42,712 nt of DNA from Candidatus Thorarchaeota archaeon (GCA_016839605.1 JAEOTX010000013.1:1-42712), one strand, 5' to 3'; positions 1-8,969 are shown, counted from the stretch's first letter. Numbers and translations: made by a program. Notes: a model not told the origin generated them from the letters alone.

Positions 1-144
1 AGCTGCATCTTCGCATTTCTTGCACTGTTTGCTCTACTTGCCATTCCAATTTGGGGGTCTCTATTTACACTGCTCTTCCTAGTTGCAGCAATGGTATTGC
101 TAAGGACCTGCTTCACTCATGAGGTATCTTCAGCTGATGAATGA
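1..144 (+). CDS. 3' end of a membrane protein (partial, runs off the window's left edge)
   Basis: Frame 1 reads SCIFAFLALFALLAIPIWGSLFTLLFLVAAMVLLRTCFTHEVSSADE* (two hydrophobic stretches), TGA at 142-144; not in the ORF track. Confidence 0.6.
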   Translation, partial: SCIFAFLALFALLAIPIWGSLFTLLFLVAAMVLLRTCFTHEVSSADE

Positions 145-209
145 GCCATATACACACAAATTGAGGCTGGGAAGAAAGGTTATGTCAGCAAACGTCCAAA
201 TCTCCTTAG

Positions 210-872
210 ATGAGATGCAAAAACTCTGTCCTGAGGTCGAATAAACTTGGCCAAAATGCATTCCTTCTTCTAATCCTAGCAGTATCAATTCCTGCGATAA
301 TACCTGTAGATGCGTTTCTCGATCCCGATGAGCAAGTCACCTTTGACATGGTATATGCCATAGAAGAAACCAGGTATTTTGGATATTCTGGCGAAAGCCA
401 TTATTCGAGTGAAGTGATATTCGACGTAACCATCAGTCGAGATACACTGAACACCACCTTCGCAGATATCACTATACATGGTTACCCTCTTTGGATAGAT
501 GTTAGCTCAATTGAAGAAAATGAGTCATTGGAGATTGATAGAAGGACCTATCTTATGAGCAATACAGGCGACTTTTGGGAGGGATGGACCACGGGTCTCT
601 ATAGAGCAGTGGAGTCAGACATGTATGTCTATTATGATCAGGAACTGGGCTTTCTGGAGAGTGTGATGAAGGAGCATATTCTGGAAGGCGATGAAACATG
701 GACATTGTACATACAGCTTGCAGAATATAGTCTAGAAATTCTTGACGAATTCAGGGACTATCCATCTCCGTCATATAATACCACAGATGTATTTCTCATT
801 GGTATTGTAGGAATTGAAGTCGCCGTCATTATTGTCCTAGTCATGTGGAGTAGAACTAAATCCCGAGAATAA
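210..872 (+). CDS. Secreted/surface protein with N-terminal signal and C-terminal membrane anchor
   Basis: Hydrophobic N-term (AFLLLILAVSIPAII), acidic body, C-terminal TM (VFLIGIVGIEVAVIIVLVMW) followed by basic tail; true start uncertain. Confidence 0.7.
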   Translation: MRCKNSVLRSNKLGQNAFLLLILAVSIPAIIPVDAFLDPDEQVTFDMVYAIEETRYFGYSGESHYSSEVIFDVTISRDTLNTTFADITIHGYPLWIDVSSIEENESLEIDRRTYLMSNTGDFWEGWTTGLYRAVESDMYVYYDQELGFLESVMKEHILEGDETWTLYIQLAEYSLEILDEFRDYPSPSYNTTDVFLIGIVGIEVAVIIVLVMWSRTKSRE

Positions 873-876
873 GTTA

Positions 877-1010
877 GGGTGCCGGTTCAGTTTCAAAAGG
901 AAAGTAGGTATTCGCGTGGTTATTCCCCGAAAGTCGGGTAATCCGACCTTCTGGAGGGGAGATTGTTTTTGAAAATACTGAACCGGTCCCCTGAGGGGTC
1001 CCAGAATGGG
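877..1010. other. Structured intergenic element (long imperfect inverted repeat with nested hairpin)
   Basis: CCGGTTCAGT 882-891 pairs with ACTGAACCGG 977-986; TTCAAAA 892-898 with TTTTGAA 967-973; TCCCC 924-928 with GGGGA 956-960; GTCGG 933-937 with CCGAC 943-947; small hairpins CCCC-tga-GGGG and CCCA-gaa-TGGG follow. Confidence 0.55.
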
Positions 1011-1122
1011 TTTTTCTAATAAAGCTACAGTTTGGGGAAAATCCGGCAAAAGAGGCGCGCGCATCTCAATTATGTCAAAAAGAGAGTCCACTAAGCAGCC
1101 GAGGAAGTGTCCCACGAGGGGA

Positions 1123-1482
1123 CTAGTATCCCCATTCTTGTCCCAGTCTCTGTCTATACCAACGCTGGCCTCGCTTCGTGAGGGAGTATTTGCCTCCGAT
1201 CTCTTGCAGCAGGCCCATTCTGACCATGTTCTCAATCACACCAAAGAGCTTGTCATCTGATGCTCCTGTGGCTTTCTGGAGCATCCCGAAGTCCATGTTT
1301 CCTTCTCTCTTCAGGTGTTGAGCAATATCGAACTTGCCAACAGCCCGAGTCTCTCTTCGAGTCACTACATTGCCGCAGTTAGTACAGAGCAGGTCACCCT
1401 TGAGGTCGTCTCTAGCTACCTCTTTGCTACCACAAATGGGACAAGTCGCCTTTGAGAATCTAAGGCCTCTCTTATGTGACAT
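1123..1482 (-). CDS. TFIIB-type zinc ribbon fused to a winged-helix domain
   Basis: CPICGSKEVARDDLKGDLLCTNCGNVV matches the TFB/TFIIB Zn-ribbon pattern; C-half IAQHLKREGNMDFGMLQKATG...MVRMGLLQEIGGKYSLTKRG is a typical wHTH; ATG at 1482 (GTG 1494 alternative). Confidence 0.8.
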   Translation of the reverse strand: MSHKRGLRFSKATCPICGSKEVARDDLKGDLLCTNCGNVVTRRETRAVGKFDIAQHLKREGNMDFGMLQKATGASDDKLFGVIENMVRMGLLQEIGGKYSLTKRGQRWYRQRLGQEWGY

Positions 1483-1810
1483 TGCTTTGACCACGCGACT
1501 CTGGTTCAGCTCTCTTGATAAAACTAGCGACGTGAACGTTGAATGCGTTATATGCTCATGGCCACCAGGTGACCAGAACTATGGTCACGAGTTCTCAGTA
1601 ATAGCATATCCAGTGACCACTCTATAGTATCTTGTGAACTAATATGGCACATGCAAGTAACGCACGCAAGTCACAGGTTAGGAACATTCGAAAGAATACA
1701 AGGGCTCCATCTACAAGAGCTATAGCGTACGCCTACGCCTATACCGCTTTAATACGATAGAGAGAGCATTGTTTCAATGCTAGCACTTATCTATGGAGCG
1801 ACTTCGCAAA

Positions 1811-3223
1811 ATGACTGACCAGGATGGACTACTATTGGAGAACGAGCCAGTGCAGACACAGGAGACGGAGTCAGCTTATCGCCGAGTCCTTGGACGAAAT
1901 GACTTCACTCGTCTTTGGGGTGGACAGCTCGTATCTAATGCAGGCACATCAATTAGCTATCTAGCACTTCTCTTCTTCGCCTTCGATATTTCAGGAACTG
2001 CCACTGCGATGGCTGTGCTCGCGATGGTAGAGGTGTTTCCACTCATTGCGTTTTCTGGACTTATTGGAGTGTACGTGGACAGATGGGACCGAAAGAAGAT
2101 CATGATAGGTGCTGACTTCTTCAGAGCTGCCCTCATCCTACTCTTCCCGTTTGTCACATTCTTCCCAGGTTATCTACCTCCGATAGTCTGGCTGTACATA
2201 CTGGCCTTCATCTATTCTACAGTAAATGCATTCTTCTATCCAGCACGTAGCGCGGCAATACCATCTCTTGTTGAGACCAAAGATCTTGTCACTGCAAACT
2301 CTCTTTCCACAATGACCTTCCAGATTATCTCCCTTGTCGTGACGCCTCTCGGTGGAGTTCTGGTTGCCCTTCTGAGACCTGATTACTTTCTTGCCTTCTT
2401 TATCGATGCTATGACCTTCATTCTTTCAGTAGTGTTTCTCTGGGGAATCAGAACCTCTCTCGTGCCCGAGAAAGTAGAAGATCGCGAGGCTTCTTTCGTT
2501 GATGAGATTATTGAAGGAGGTCGGATTATTCGCACTAGCGGATTGATGAGCTTCATCATTGGCATGTTCACGGTTCTGAGTCTAGGCTCAGGGATGGTCA
2601 ATGCTCTCGTGATTCCATTCTTTGAAGGCGAGTTGGGATTCGGCTCGATACAGTTTTCATTACTAATTAGTGGGGGTGCAATTTCTGGCCTTCTGTCAGC
2701 TATTTATCTTGGCAACAGGAGTCAATTGTCAAAGCCGCTCTTTCTCATAACGGCAGCAATGATTTGGGCTGGTGTTGTCATCCTTGGAATGTCACTCATA
2801 TCGGACTTTATCAGCGCCCTCTTGCTTTTCTCGTCAATCGGGCTAGTCAACGTGCTTCTTGGAGTGCCTGCCAACGCCTTGATTCAGGAGCTCATTGATC
2901 GAGACAAGCTTGGTCGGGTCTACTCATTCGAGAACATCATGATCAACATAGCTCTTGTCATGGGCATGGGTGTCGGAGGAGTGTGGGCTGATGCAGTTGG
3001 GTCTAGCCGACCGCCATTCTTCCTTGGAGGGCTTGTCATTGCATTGGTTGGTATTGTTGGAGCTCTACTTGTAGTAAGACTGCGTCTACATTCTCAGATT
3101 GATGAAATCAGATTTAAACGAGAAGCACAGATGATTGCGGCGACTCAGCTACAAAAGGAGGCTGTATTGGAGGACCTTCAAGAAATCGCAGATACAACTG
3201 ATGCTGATGCATCGGACTCATGA
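1811..3223 (+). CDS. MFS transporter (MFS_3/DHA3-like)
   Basis: About 12 hydrophobic segments, motif A GVYVDRWDRKK, FFYPARSAAIPSLV, second-half LGRVYS; start 1811 or 1793. Confidence 0.92.
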   Translation: MTDQDGLLLENEPVQTQETESAYRRVLGRNDFTRLWGGQLVSNAGTSISYLALLFFAFDISGTATAMAVLAMVEVFPLIAFSGLIGVYVDRWDRKKIMIGADFFRAALILLFPFVTFFPGYLPPIVWLYILAFIYSTVNAFFYPARSAAIPSLVETKDLVTANSLSTMTFQIISLVVTPLGGVLVALLRPDYFLAFFIDAMTFILSVVFLWGIRTSLVPEKVEDREASFVDEIIEGGRIIRTSGLMSFIIGMFTVLSLGSGMVNALVIPFFEGELGFGSIQFSLLISGGAISGLLSAIYLGNRSQLSKPLFLITAAMIWAGVVILGMSLISDFISALLLFSSIGLVNVLLGVPANALIQELIDRDKLGRVYSFENIMINIALVMGMGVGGVWADAVGSSRPPFFLGGLVIALVGIVGALLVVRLRLHSQIDEIRFKREAQMIAATQLQKEAVLEDLQEIADTTDADASDS

Positions 3224-3724
3224 GTCATTTGCAACGAGCCGCTTGAAGAAGGCCTCGTAATCTATCTCGAAACCCACTCTTGTTCCCGGCCGCACGCGAG
3301 TACCTGTGTCGTCAAACTCTACATAACGTTGTGTGGCCAGTTCCTTGAGATCTCCACGCACACCTCTTCTTGTCTTTCGTCTGAATTCTCGCACTCGATC
3401 TATTGACACCCATCCGCCTTCCTGATAGGAGAGTGTGATAACTACAAGAAGTGTGGCTGCGAGTCGATCTGGCAGAACTGATTCCTCTAGCAGCTGCTCA
3501 CTTCGAACCGTTGTGTCTAGATAGAAGACATGGTCGATTGGATTATGCCTGATCATTAGTCCGACCTCTGATAGTCTTCTGTCAAGGGCGCCTAGTCGCC
3601 GGAATAGGATGTGTCTTCCCGTGTCTTCGGGTAGACCAAGTGCGCCGAGCATGTCCTCAACCCCTGCCCCAATCGGATTTCCTGATCGAGTGAGAAGCCT
3701 CATGAGGATTATGTACTCGTTCAC
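3218..3724 (-). CDS. Kite protein (ScpB/Nse1/Nse3-like tandem winged helix), SMC accessory subunit
   Basis: 168 aa with two wHTH-like halves (LGALDRRLSEVGLMIR...FYL; LAATLLVVITLSY...LKELATQRYVE); GTG start overlaps the kleisin stop (GTGA); last gene of the SMC operon. Confidence 0.7.
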   Translation of the reverse strand: MNEYIILMRLLTRSGNPIGAGVEDMLGALGLPEDTGRHILFRRLGALDRRLSEVGLMIRHNPIDHVFYLDTTVRSEQLLEESVLPDRLAATLLVVITLSYQEGGWVSIDRVREFRRKTRRGVRGDLKELATQRYVEFDDTGTRVRPGTRVGFEIDYEAFFKRLVANDS

Positions 3725-4365
3725 GCTCCAGCCTCCCTTACAACTGTTCTATCCTCAAGATTATACTGGAGGGTGCCCTTTGATATCAGAATCACAAGAT
3801 AGAGAAAACGTTTCAGAAATTCTTCGAAATCGTTGTTAAGTATGAGATCATCAACAGGAATCTTCTCACCTGCAGGAACACCCGCTCCAAACTCTTGAGC
3901 ATCCTCCATTAGAATCGCGTCCTCTGACGGGAATGTGTAGCCGTTCGGTAATGGCGCAATGGCTGGGATTTTATCTTCGGGCGGTTCCATTCCAAGTTTG
4001 TCAATGAATTCCTTGATTCTTACTGATGAGCGGTCAAGCGTGGAATGATCTAGGTGCACTATCCCGATAGGGTGGTGATATGCTATCATTCCTGCCAAAT
4101 CTCGTGCAGATAGCGTCTTTAGCTTCGCCACATAGAGTTCTGGAGATGCAAGGACGCGAGCGAGTTCTTGAACCTTGTTCACCTTGGCTCCCAATACTTC
4201 ATTCAGCATCTCGTCAATGTCCAGTCTACTACTGACTTCAGCTGTGAGCCTCTGGAGCTTCTTGTACTCAGGAGTCAACTGTATCTCAAGTGGGTCGACT
4301 TTGCCAGAACGGACAGACTCAGCAATCCTGAGGATGGCTTCTGTAAAAGATTCGATTCCGCTCAT
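3721..4365 (-). CDS. Kleisin (ScpA-like) subunit of the SMC complex
   Basis: N-terminal ILRIAESVRSGKVDPLEIQL resembles the archaeal ScpA G.iDPw.I motif; C-terminal IPVDDLI...FLKRFLYLVILISKGTLQY resembles the kleisin C-terminal wHTH; GAGGTG SD precedes ATG 4365. Confidence 0.78.
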   Translation of the reverse strand: MSGIESFTEAILRIAESVRSGKVDPLEIQLTPEYKKLQRLTAEVSSRLDIDEMLNEVLGAKVNKVQELARVLASPELYVAKLKTLSARDLAGMIAYHHPIGIVHLDHSTLDRSSVRIKEFIDKLGMEPPEDKIPAIAPLPNGYTFPSEDAILMEDAQEFGAGVPAGEKIPVDDLILNNDFEEFLKRFLYLVILISKGTLQYNLEDRTVVREAGA

Positions 4366-4376
4366 CAGAATACACC

Positions 4377-7300
4377 TCACTGCCCAGAAAACTTAGGACT
4401 CTCCACTATTACTGAAGGGTCTGTTCCGCCAGGAGAGACCACGCCAATTCTCTTGTCAGCGTGTTTCAATAGATGTGTGCTTTTGGCAGGTGTGAAGAGG
4501 ATAAATTGACTCCTGCGAGAAGCATCATAGAGGAGTCTGCTTACCGACTCTGTATTAGTCGCATCCAGAAAGATGTCTACTTCATCCAAGGCATATGTAG
4601 GAGCAGGATTGAATCTTTGGAGAGCTAGTATCAATGCTATTGCAATCAGTGATCGTTCTCCTCCAGAGCCTTGACTTATCTCCCCAAACTCGTCACCTTT
4701 TATTCGAGACTTGAACTCCACACCATAGATTCCATCCCTGAGAGTAAGTGTGAACTTAGCTCGACCTGCAAACTCTGCGGTTGCCAGAATCTTGTTCACA
4801 TTCTTCTCCACTTTTGACAGAGTTGCGTTCATTCCATTATGATACTGATCACGAATGTGCTTCACAGTGGCTTCAGCCTCAAAGAGTTCAACTTTCAGAG
4901 TTTCCACCTGAACTATCAACTCTGAAAGCCGATCTTTGAGTCTAGACTCGGTATGCGCTACGCTCTCGGAAACATCCTCATAGTCATCAAGGAGGTGTCG
5001 AACGCGAATCAGCTCTTGCCGCGCAGTTTCAAGTGGTCTTATTTTGTCTGGTCTGATTGCCTTGTCAAGTTGCTGCAGAAGCCGCTTCTCTTCTTCTTCC
5101 ATGTTTCGCATCTGTTTTTGAGCCTGTAGGACCAATAGCCGATTGTCCTTAATCATGAGATTCAGTTCTACAAGTCGTTCGCCAACTGTCCGAAGTATCT
5201 CATTGATTCCACCAAGTTCTTCTTTCAGCCTGACTTCTTTGTCGTTGGTTTCCAACAGACCTAGCTCGAGGGTCTCGATCAATTCAGTAATGGAGGCTGC
5301 TTCACCCTTAGAATTCTTCATCTCTTCTCTAAGTTCTTTGACTTGTCCTGAAAGCATTCCAATGTTCTCATTGTGCGACTTCAATTCTGCTCTTCGTCGG
5401 TCTTCATCTCGCTCTGTTGCGTGGAGACCGCTCTCGACCTTTGAGAGATCACCTTGGAGTCTTCTTTGCTTCAGTCGAACTGCTGATCTTTGTCCAGCCA
5501 ACCTACTTCTCTCAGGAGGTTGCGAGCTGTCTAACTTTCTCAATTCTCTCTGAGCTTTTCCAATCTCTATCTGTAGGTTCTTTAATTCATCATCAAGGCC
5601 AACAATCTTCTCTTGGACATCTGGTATGCTATCCGAGAGTTTCTTCCTTCGCTCCCAAGTGCTGCTCCAACGTGTCATGTGCCCCTGCAGATCGAGGACT
5701 TCTTCCCTTTCATCGGTTGCTTTCTCGAGTTTGTCCATGACCTCTGTGACTTCCTTTCGAGAAATCGTTAGCTCCCTTTCGAGTTTCAGTAGACGTGTCT
5801 GGAGCGGTGCTGTGGACACTAATCCAGAGGGTTCCTTCCTTGGATGACTTATGACGCTCTTTTGAGTCACGTCTACAACAGACCCATCTCTTGAGACTGC
5901 CATGAGTCCAGCTCGGCTTGCTACACGTGAGGCAACTCTACCAGTGCTAGTGATGACGATATCTCCGAAGGCCTTCTTCAGGAGTTCTTTTTCATCATCA
6001 TCTAGTGCTAGGATATCCCATAGCCATCCTTCAATACCCTTTCCTGAGGGAAGGCTCGGATTTGACGTATCAGCCTCTTCTTTGAGCATGATAATTGGAG
6101 ATGGTGCACCCGACTTGTCTCTAAGCTTCTGTATCAGTGCGTAATCTGTCTGTTCACGCACAATGAATGCAAAGGGAAGATTACCTGAGAAGACCGCCTC
6201 CAGGGCATTTGAGAACTCGTCACTCTTCATTAACAACTCCACAAGCGGCCCGGTGACTGAGGTCAGTTTATGTTCAGTAATCGCTTCTTTCAGGTCTCTT
6301 ACTTCACTAGGGATGCGTTCTGAGGATTCGGAGAGCTTCACCTTGATTTCATCGATTTCTTTCTGAAGCTGCGATACTAGACTTGAGTTCTGAAACCTTT
6401 GTTCATTGAGTGTTGTTATCTCTCTCTCAAGCTGACCCTTTCGTCTAGCAAGTTCCTTTTCATCAGTATCCTCCAGAGCTTCCCATACATGAGCCCATTT
6501 GCTATCAATGCTCTGTAGCTCTGCCTCTTCGTTCTGCAGCCGCTCCTGATAGCTTCTCAACAGTAAGTCTTTCTTCTCAATATCACTCTGAAGTGATTTG
6601 TAGGCAATATATGCATCAGTGCGAACCGCATTCCATTCCTCAAAAGACGAGAGCTCTTGCTCGATTCTGTCTAGGTCAATCTCGATAGATTCTATCTCTG
6701 TACTAATCTCTCTCTTCTCCTCGAGATACTGCTCTTTATTGGCCGCTGCCCTCTCCAGCTCAGCTTTCGCTGCAATCTTCTCACGTTCTACTTTCTTTAC
6801 CTCGCGTTCTAGTTGACTGATCTCATTCACTGTGCCCTTGCTCTCATCCTCTAGCTTCTGCATCCGCCGTCTTTCTTCATCTATTCGTGCTTCTATCCCT
6901 CCGATCTCTCGCTGGAGTGAGTCGAGGCGAGATTCAAGTTTTGATGCTGCTTTTTGATTCTCCTCCATTTGACTTTCCAGTGACTTTTGCTCATCAAGAA
7001 CATCCACTAGACCTGATTCTCTATTCTCAATCTCATCTCTGACCTCTACCATTCTGGTACTGATGTCGTCAAGAGTTGCCCACTTTACCTCAATCTCAAG
7101 CTCTTTCTCCTCATTCTTGAGTGCCCGTTTCTTCTCTAGCCTTGTAAGGTCATGTTTTAGCAGCTCAAGCTCTCTCTCAACTACGCGTGACTCATCGAGT
7201 GCCGCCTGCAGCTTTTGCTGGCTTTGCGCAACTTCAGTTTCTTGAACTGCAATACGGTCCCGAACTTCGCTAAGCCCGGTGCCTTCCTCAACTAGGCGAC

Positions 7301-7745
7301 GAACCTCTATAGGATTCATCTCACGCAGTGCATTGATGCGTTCTTGAGGCATGAATACCAGTGTGTTGTCAATATCAAGACCAAGTGAACTGACAAGCTG
7401 CCTTAGTTCTGCTGCTTTCACACGTTTTCCATCTATGTAGGCCTTAGGTATTCCGTCACGATCAATCCGGCGCAGAAACTTGTGTCTGATTCCTCCATTG
7501 TTCACACTAATCTCAACTTCAGCAGATGTGGCTCCATGCCTGACAAAGTCACTCCATTTCGAGTAGCGCTCTTCTCTTTGATTTGATCCCAGTGCGAACT
7601 TGATTGCGTGAAACACTGAGGTCTTTCCAGAGCCATTTGGGCCAATGATGACAGTGAGTCCAGGATCAAAGCTCACAACTCCCTCATAAAACGAGAGAAA
7701 ATTCTTGAGCCTGACTGAGCCAATGTGGACCTTGGCCTTGCTCAC
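4377..7745 (-). CDS. SMC-family ATPase, SMC5/6-like type
   Basis: Walker A GPNGSGKT, Q-loop FMPQE, long coiled coils, central hinge (GPLVELL...ALEAVF...AFIV...D), signature SGGERS, Walker B/D-loop ALDEVDIFLD, QFILFTP; GGAGG SD before the GTG start. Confidence 0.95.
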   Translation of the reverse strand: MSKAKVHIGSVRLKNFLSFYEGVVSFDPGLTVIIGPNGSGKTSVFHAIKFALGSNQREERYSKWSDFVRHGATSAEVEISVNNGGIRHKFLRRIDRDGIPKAYIDGKRVKAAELRQLVSSLGLDIDNTLVFMPQERINALREMNPIEVRRLVEEGTGLSEVRDRIAVQETEVAQSQQKLQAALDESRVVERELELLKHDLTRLEKKRALKNEEKELEIEVKWATLDDISTRMVEVRDEIENRESGLVDVLDEQKSLESQMEENQKAASKLESRLDSLQREIGGIEARIDEERRRMQKLEDESKGTVNEISQLEREVKKVEREKIAAKAELERAAANKEQYLEEKREISTEIESIEIDLDRIEQELSSFEEWNAVRTDAYIAYKSLQSDIEKKDLLLRSYQERLQNEEAELQSIDSKWAHVWEALEDTDEKELARRKGQLEREITTLNEQRFQNSSLVSQLQKEIDEIKVKLSESSERIPSEVRDLKEAITEHKLTSVTGPLVELLMKSDEFSNALEAVFSGNLPFAFIVREQTDYALIQKLRDKSGAPSPIIMLKEEADTSNPSLPSGKGIEGWLWDILALDDDEKELLKKAFGDIVITSTGRVASRVASRAGLMAVSRDGSVVDVTQKSVISHPRKEPSGLVSTAPLQTRLLKLERELTISRKEVTEVMDKLEKATDEREEVLDLQGHMTRWSSTWERRKKLSDSIPDVQEKIVGLDDELKNLQIEIGKAQRELRKLDSSQPPERSRLAGQRSAVRLKQRRLQGDLSKVESGLHATERDEDRRRAELKSHNENIGMLSGQVKELREEMKNSKGEAASITELIETLELGLLETNDKEVRLKEELGGINEILRTVGERLVELNLMIKDNRLLVLQAQKQMRNMEEEEKRLLQQLDKAIRPDKIRPLETARQELIRVRHLLDDYEDVSESVAHTESRLKDRLSELIVQVETLKVELFEAEATVKHIRDQYHNGMNATLSKVEKNVNKILATAEFAGRAKFTLTLRDGIYGVEFKSRIKGDEFGEISQGSGGERSLIAIALILALQRFNPAPTYALDEVDIFLDATNTESVSRLLYDASRRSQFILFTPAKSTHLLKHADKRIGVVSPGGTDPSVIVESPKFSGQ

Positions 7746-7758
7746 GTGTCTATTCCTC

Positions 7759-8829
7759 CTACCTTCCCATTATTCTCCGAAGTCTGTCATTGTTCTTCTT
7801 TGCCCTCAACAGTCTCGTGAGTCGATCCTCTGGTGTTCCTTTCATCAAGAATGGATACTCGCTTAGATATTCAAGGTCCTTTGAAGACAAAGGTAGACTC
7901 GAATTGAGTGCCTCTATCACTCTTTGAGTTTCAGCGTAGTTCTCTCCAACAGCTAAGAGATAGAGTTGGTCCAGAAACTCGTCAGGATATTCAGTTTCTA
8001 CGGAACTAATGCTGGGGACTTTCAATCCTTGAATTCGGGTTACCATGTGCTCAAATGCCCGCTTTCTTCCCACAGGGAGAACTCCGCTATCAGCAATCAT
8101 CTGCTCCAGCTTTTCTCGAGGGATTTGACCTTCCTCTTGCTTCTGGCATAAGACTAGAGAAACGGCAAGGTGCTGTGTTTCGCTAAAACTCCATCCTTCA
8201 CTGAGTTCTGCAGCGTCTGTTGGACTGAGGTCCTCTCTGTCCTTGAAGGCGGCCTCAAAGAGGCGAACTCGGTCATCTAAGGTAGCAGATTCTGAGACGA
8301 ATGTATGATTGAAGACAGACAAGAGTTCAGCATCCATTAGTTGCGGCGTTGATGTAGAAGCTACAAGAAGCACCTCATCATTGACCCAACTGGTTCCTTC
8401 TGCTTCAATTCCTAGCAAAGCTGATTCTCGGCTCTGTGCGGGAGCAATATACTCAATTTTCTCAAGGTATAGAATTGAAGGGGCATTCCTCTTTGCAAAT
8501 TCGAACCAGAAACTAATGGATTCTCGTGTGCTATCAGGCCGTCCAAGAACTCTCTCCATTCTGGGACGCACAATATTGATTGGAATTTCCAGAGAGAGAT
8601 ATTGCACAAAAGCCTCAAAATCAGTGCCCACTCCACCAATCAATAGCACCCTTCCGCCAAAACTTAGGCCTTTCAACCGTAAATCGTCGCCGATCTTAGC
8701 TAATCGGATTATTGACTCATGGAAAGACTTGGCATTCTCTCTGACTGAATATTGGCCCAGACGGTCAGCATCTAGATCCTCGGGCCTTGACAGAATGACA
8801 GTGTCTGCGTAGATATCATCTTCTCCCAC
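7759..8829 (-). CDS. Degenerate (likely inactive) classical AAA-domain protein
   Basis: GGRVLLIGGVGTDFE (Walker A position, no GKT), FEFAKRNAPSILYLEKIEYIAP (Walker B position, DE replaced by EK), VLLVASTSTPQLMDAELL (sensor I/SRH, no Arg finger), GWSFSET lid; start reassigned to GTG 8829 behind a GAGGT SD (track gives 8958). Confidence 0.75.
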   Translation of the reverse strand: MGEDDIYADTVILSRPEDLDADRLGQYSVRENAKSFHESIIRLAKIGDDLRLKGLSFGGRVLLIGGVGTDFEAFVQYLSLEIPINIVRPRMERVLGRPDSTRESISFWFEFAKRNAPSILYLEKIEYIAPAQSRESALLGIEAEGTSWVNDEVLLVASTSTPQLMDAELLSVFNHTFVSESATLDDRVRLFEAAFKDREDLSPTDAAELSEGWSFSETQHLAVSLVLCQKQEEGQIPREKLEQMIADSGVLPVGRKRAFEHMVTRIQGLKVPSISSVETEYPDEFLDQLYLLAVGENYAETQRVIEALNSSLPLSSKDLEYLSEYPFLMKGTPEDRLTRLLRAKKNNDRLRRIMGR

Positions 8830-8969
8830 AGTATTACCTCTCCGGCAGGCTTGCCAGACCTGACAATTTCTGCAAATAATGTCTTCGAAGTCAACATGAT
8901 TCCGCGCCGTCCCATCGCGCTTATACGCAAGGATTAAGGCATGTCTTGCGACATCCATCTTGATTCGTC
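8830..8969. promoter_or_regulatory. Divergent promoter region shared by the SMC operon and the MoxR-vWA operon
   Basis: 140-bp gap between head-to-head starts; TATA-like TATAAG (minus strand, 8925-8920) and ATTAAG (plus strand, 8933-8938). Confidence 0.4.

Noticed and set aside
1085-1122. AGCAGCC and GAGGAAGTGTCC resemble SRP and RNase P RNA motifs
   Set aside because: Partner motifs and spacing are absent and there is insufficient room before the coding region
837-1260. Overlapping ORFs 837..1235(-) and 1006..1260(+)
   Set aside because: They overlap the better-supported Zn-ribbon/wHTH gene, have no recognisable motifs and span the structured gap
5143-7245. Numerous Ser-rich antisense ORFs here and opposite other long genes
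   Set aside because: Shadow ORFs from codon bias of the true opposite-strand genes
3218-7745. Wadjet/MksBEFG or Rad50-Mre11 interpretation
   Set aside because: No toprim nuclease or Mre11, no CxxC zinc hook, gene order is SMC-kleisin-kite, and motifs are SMC5/6-like
8830-8958. N-terminal CxxC-containing extension of the pseudo-AAA in the ORF track
   Set aside because: It would leave only 11 bp for two divergent promoters; an SD-supported GTG at 8829 is more plausible
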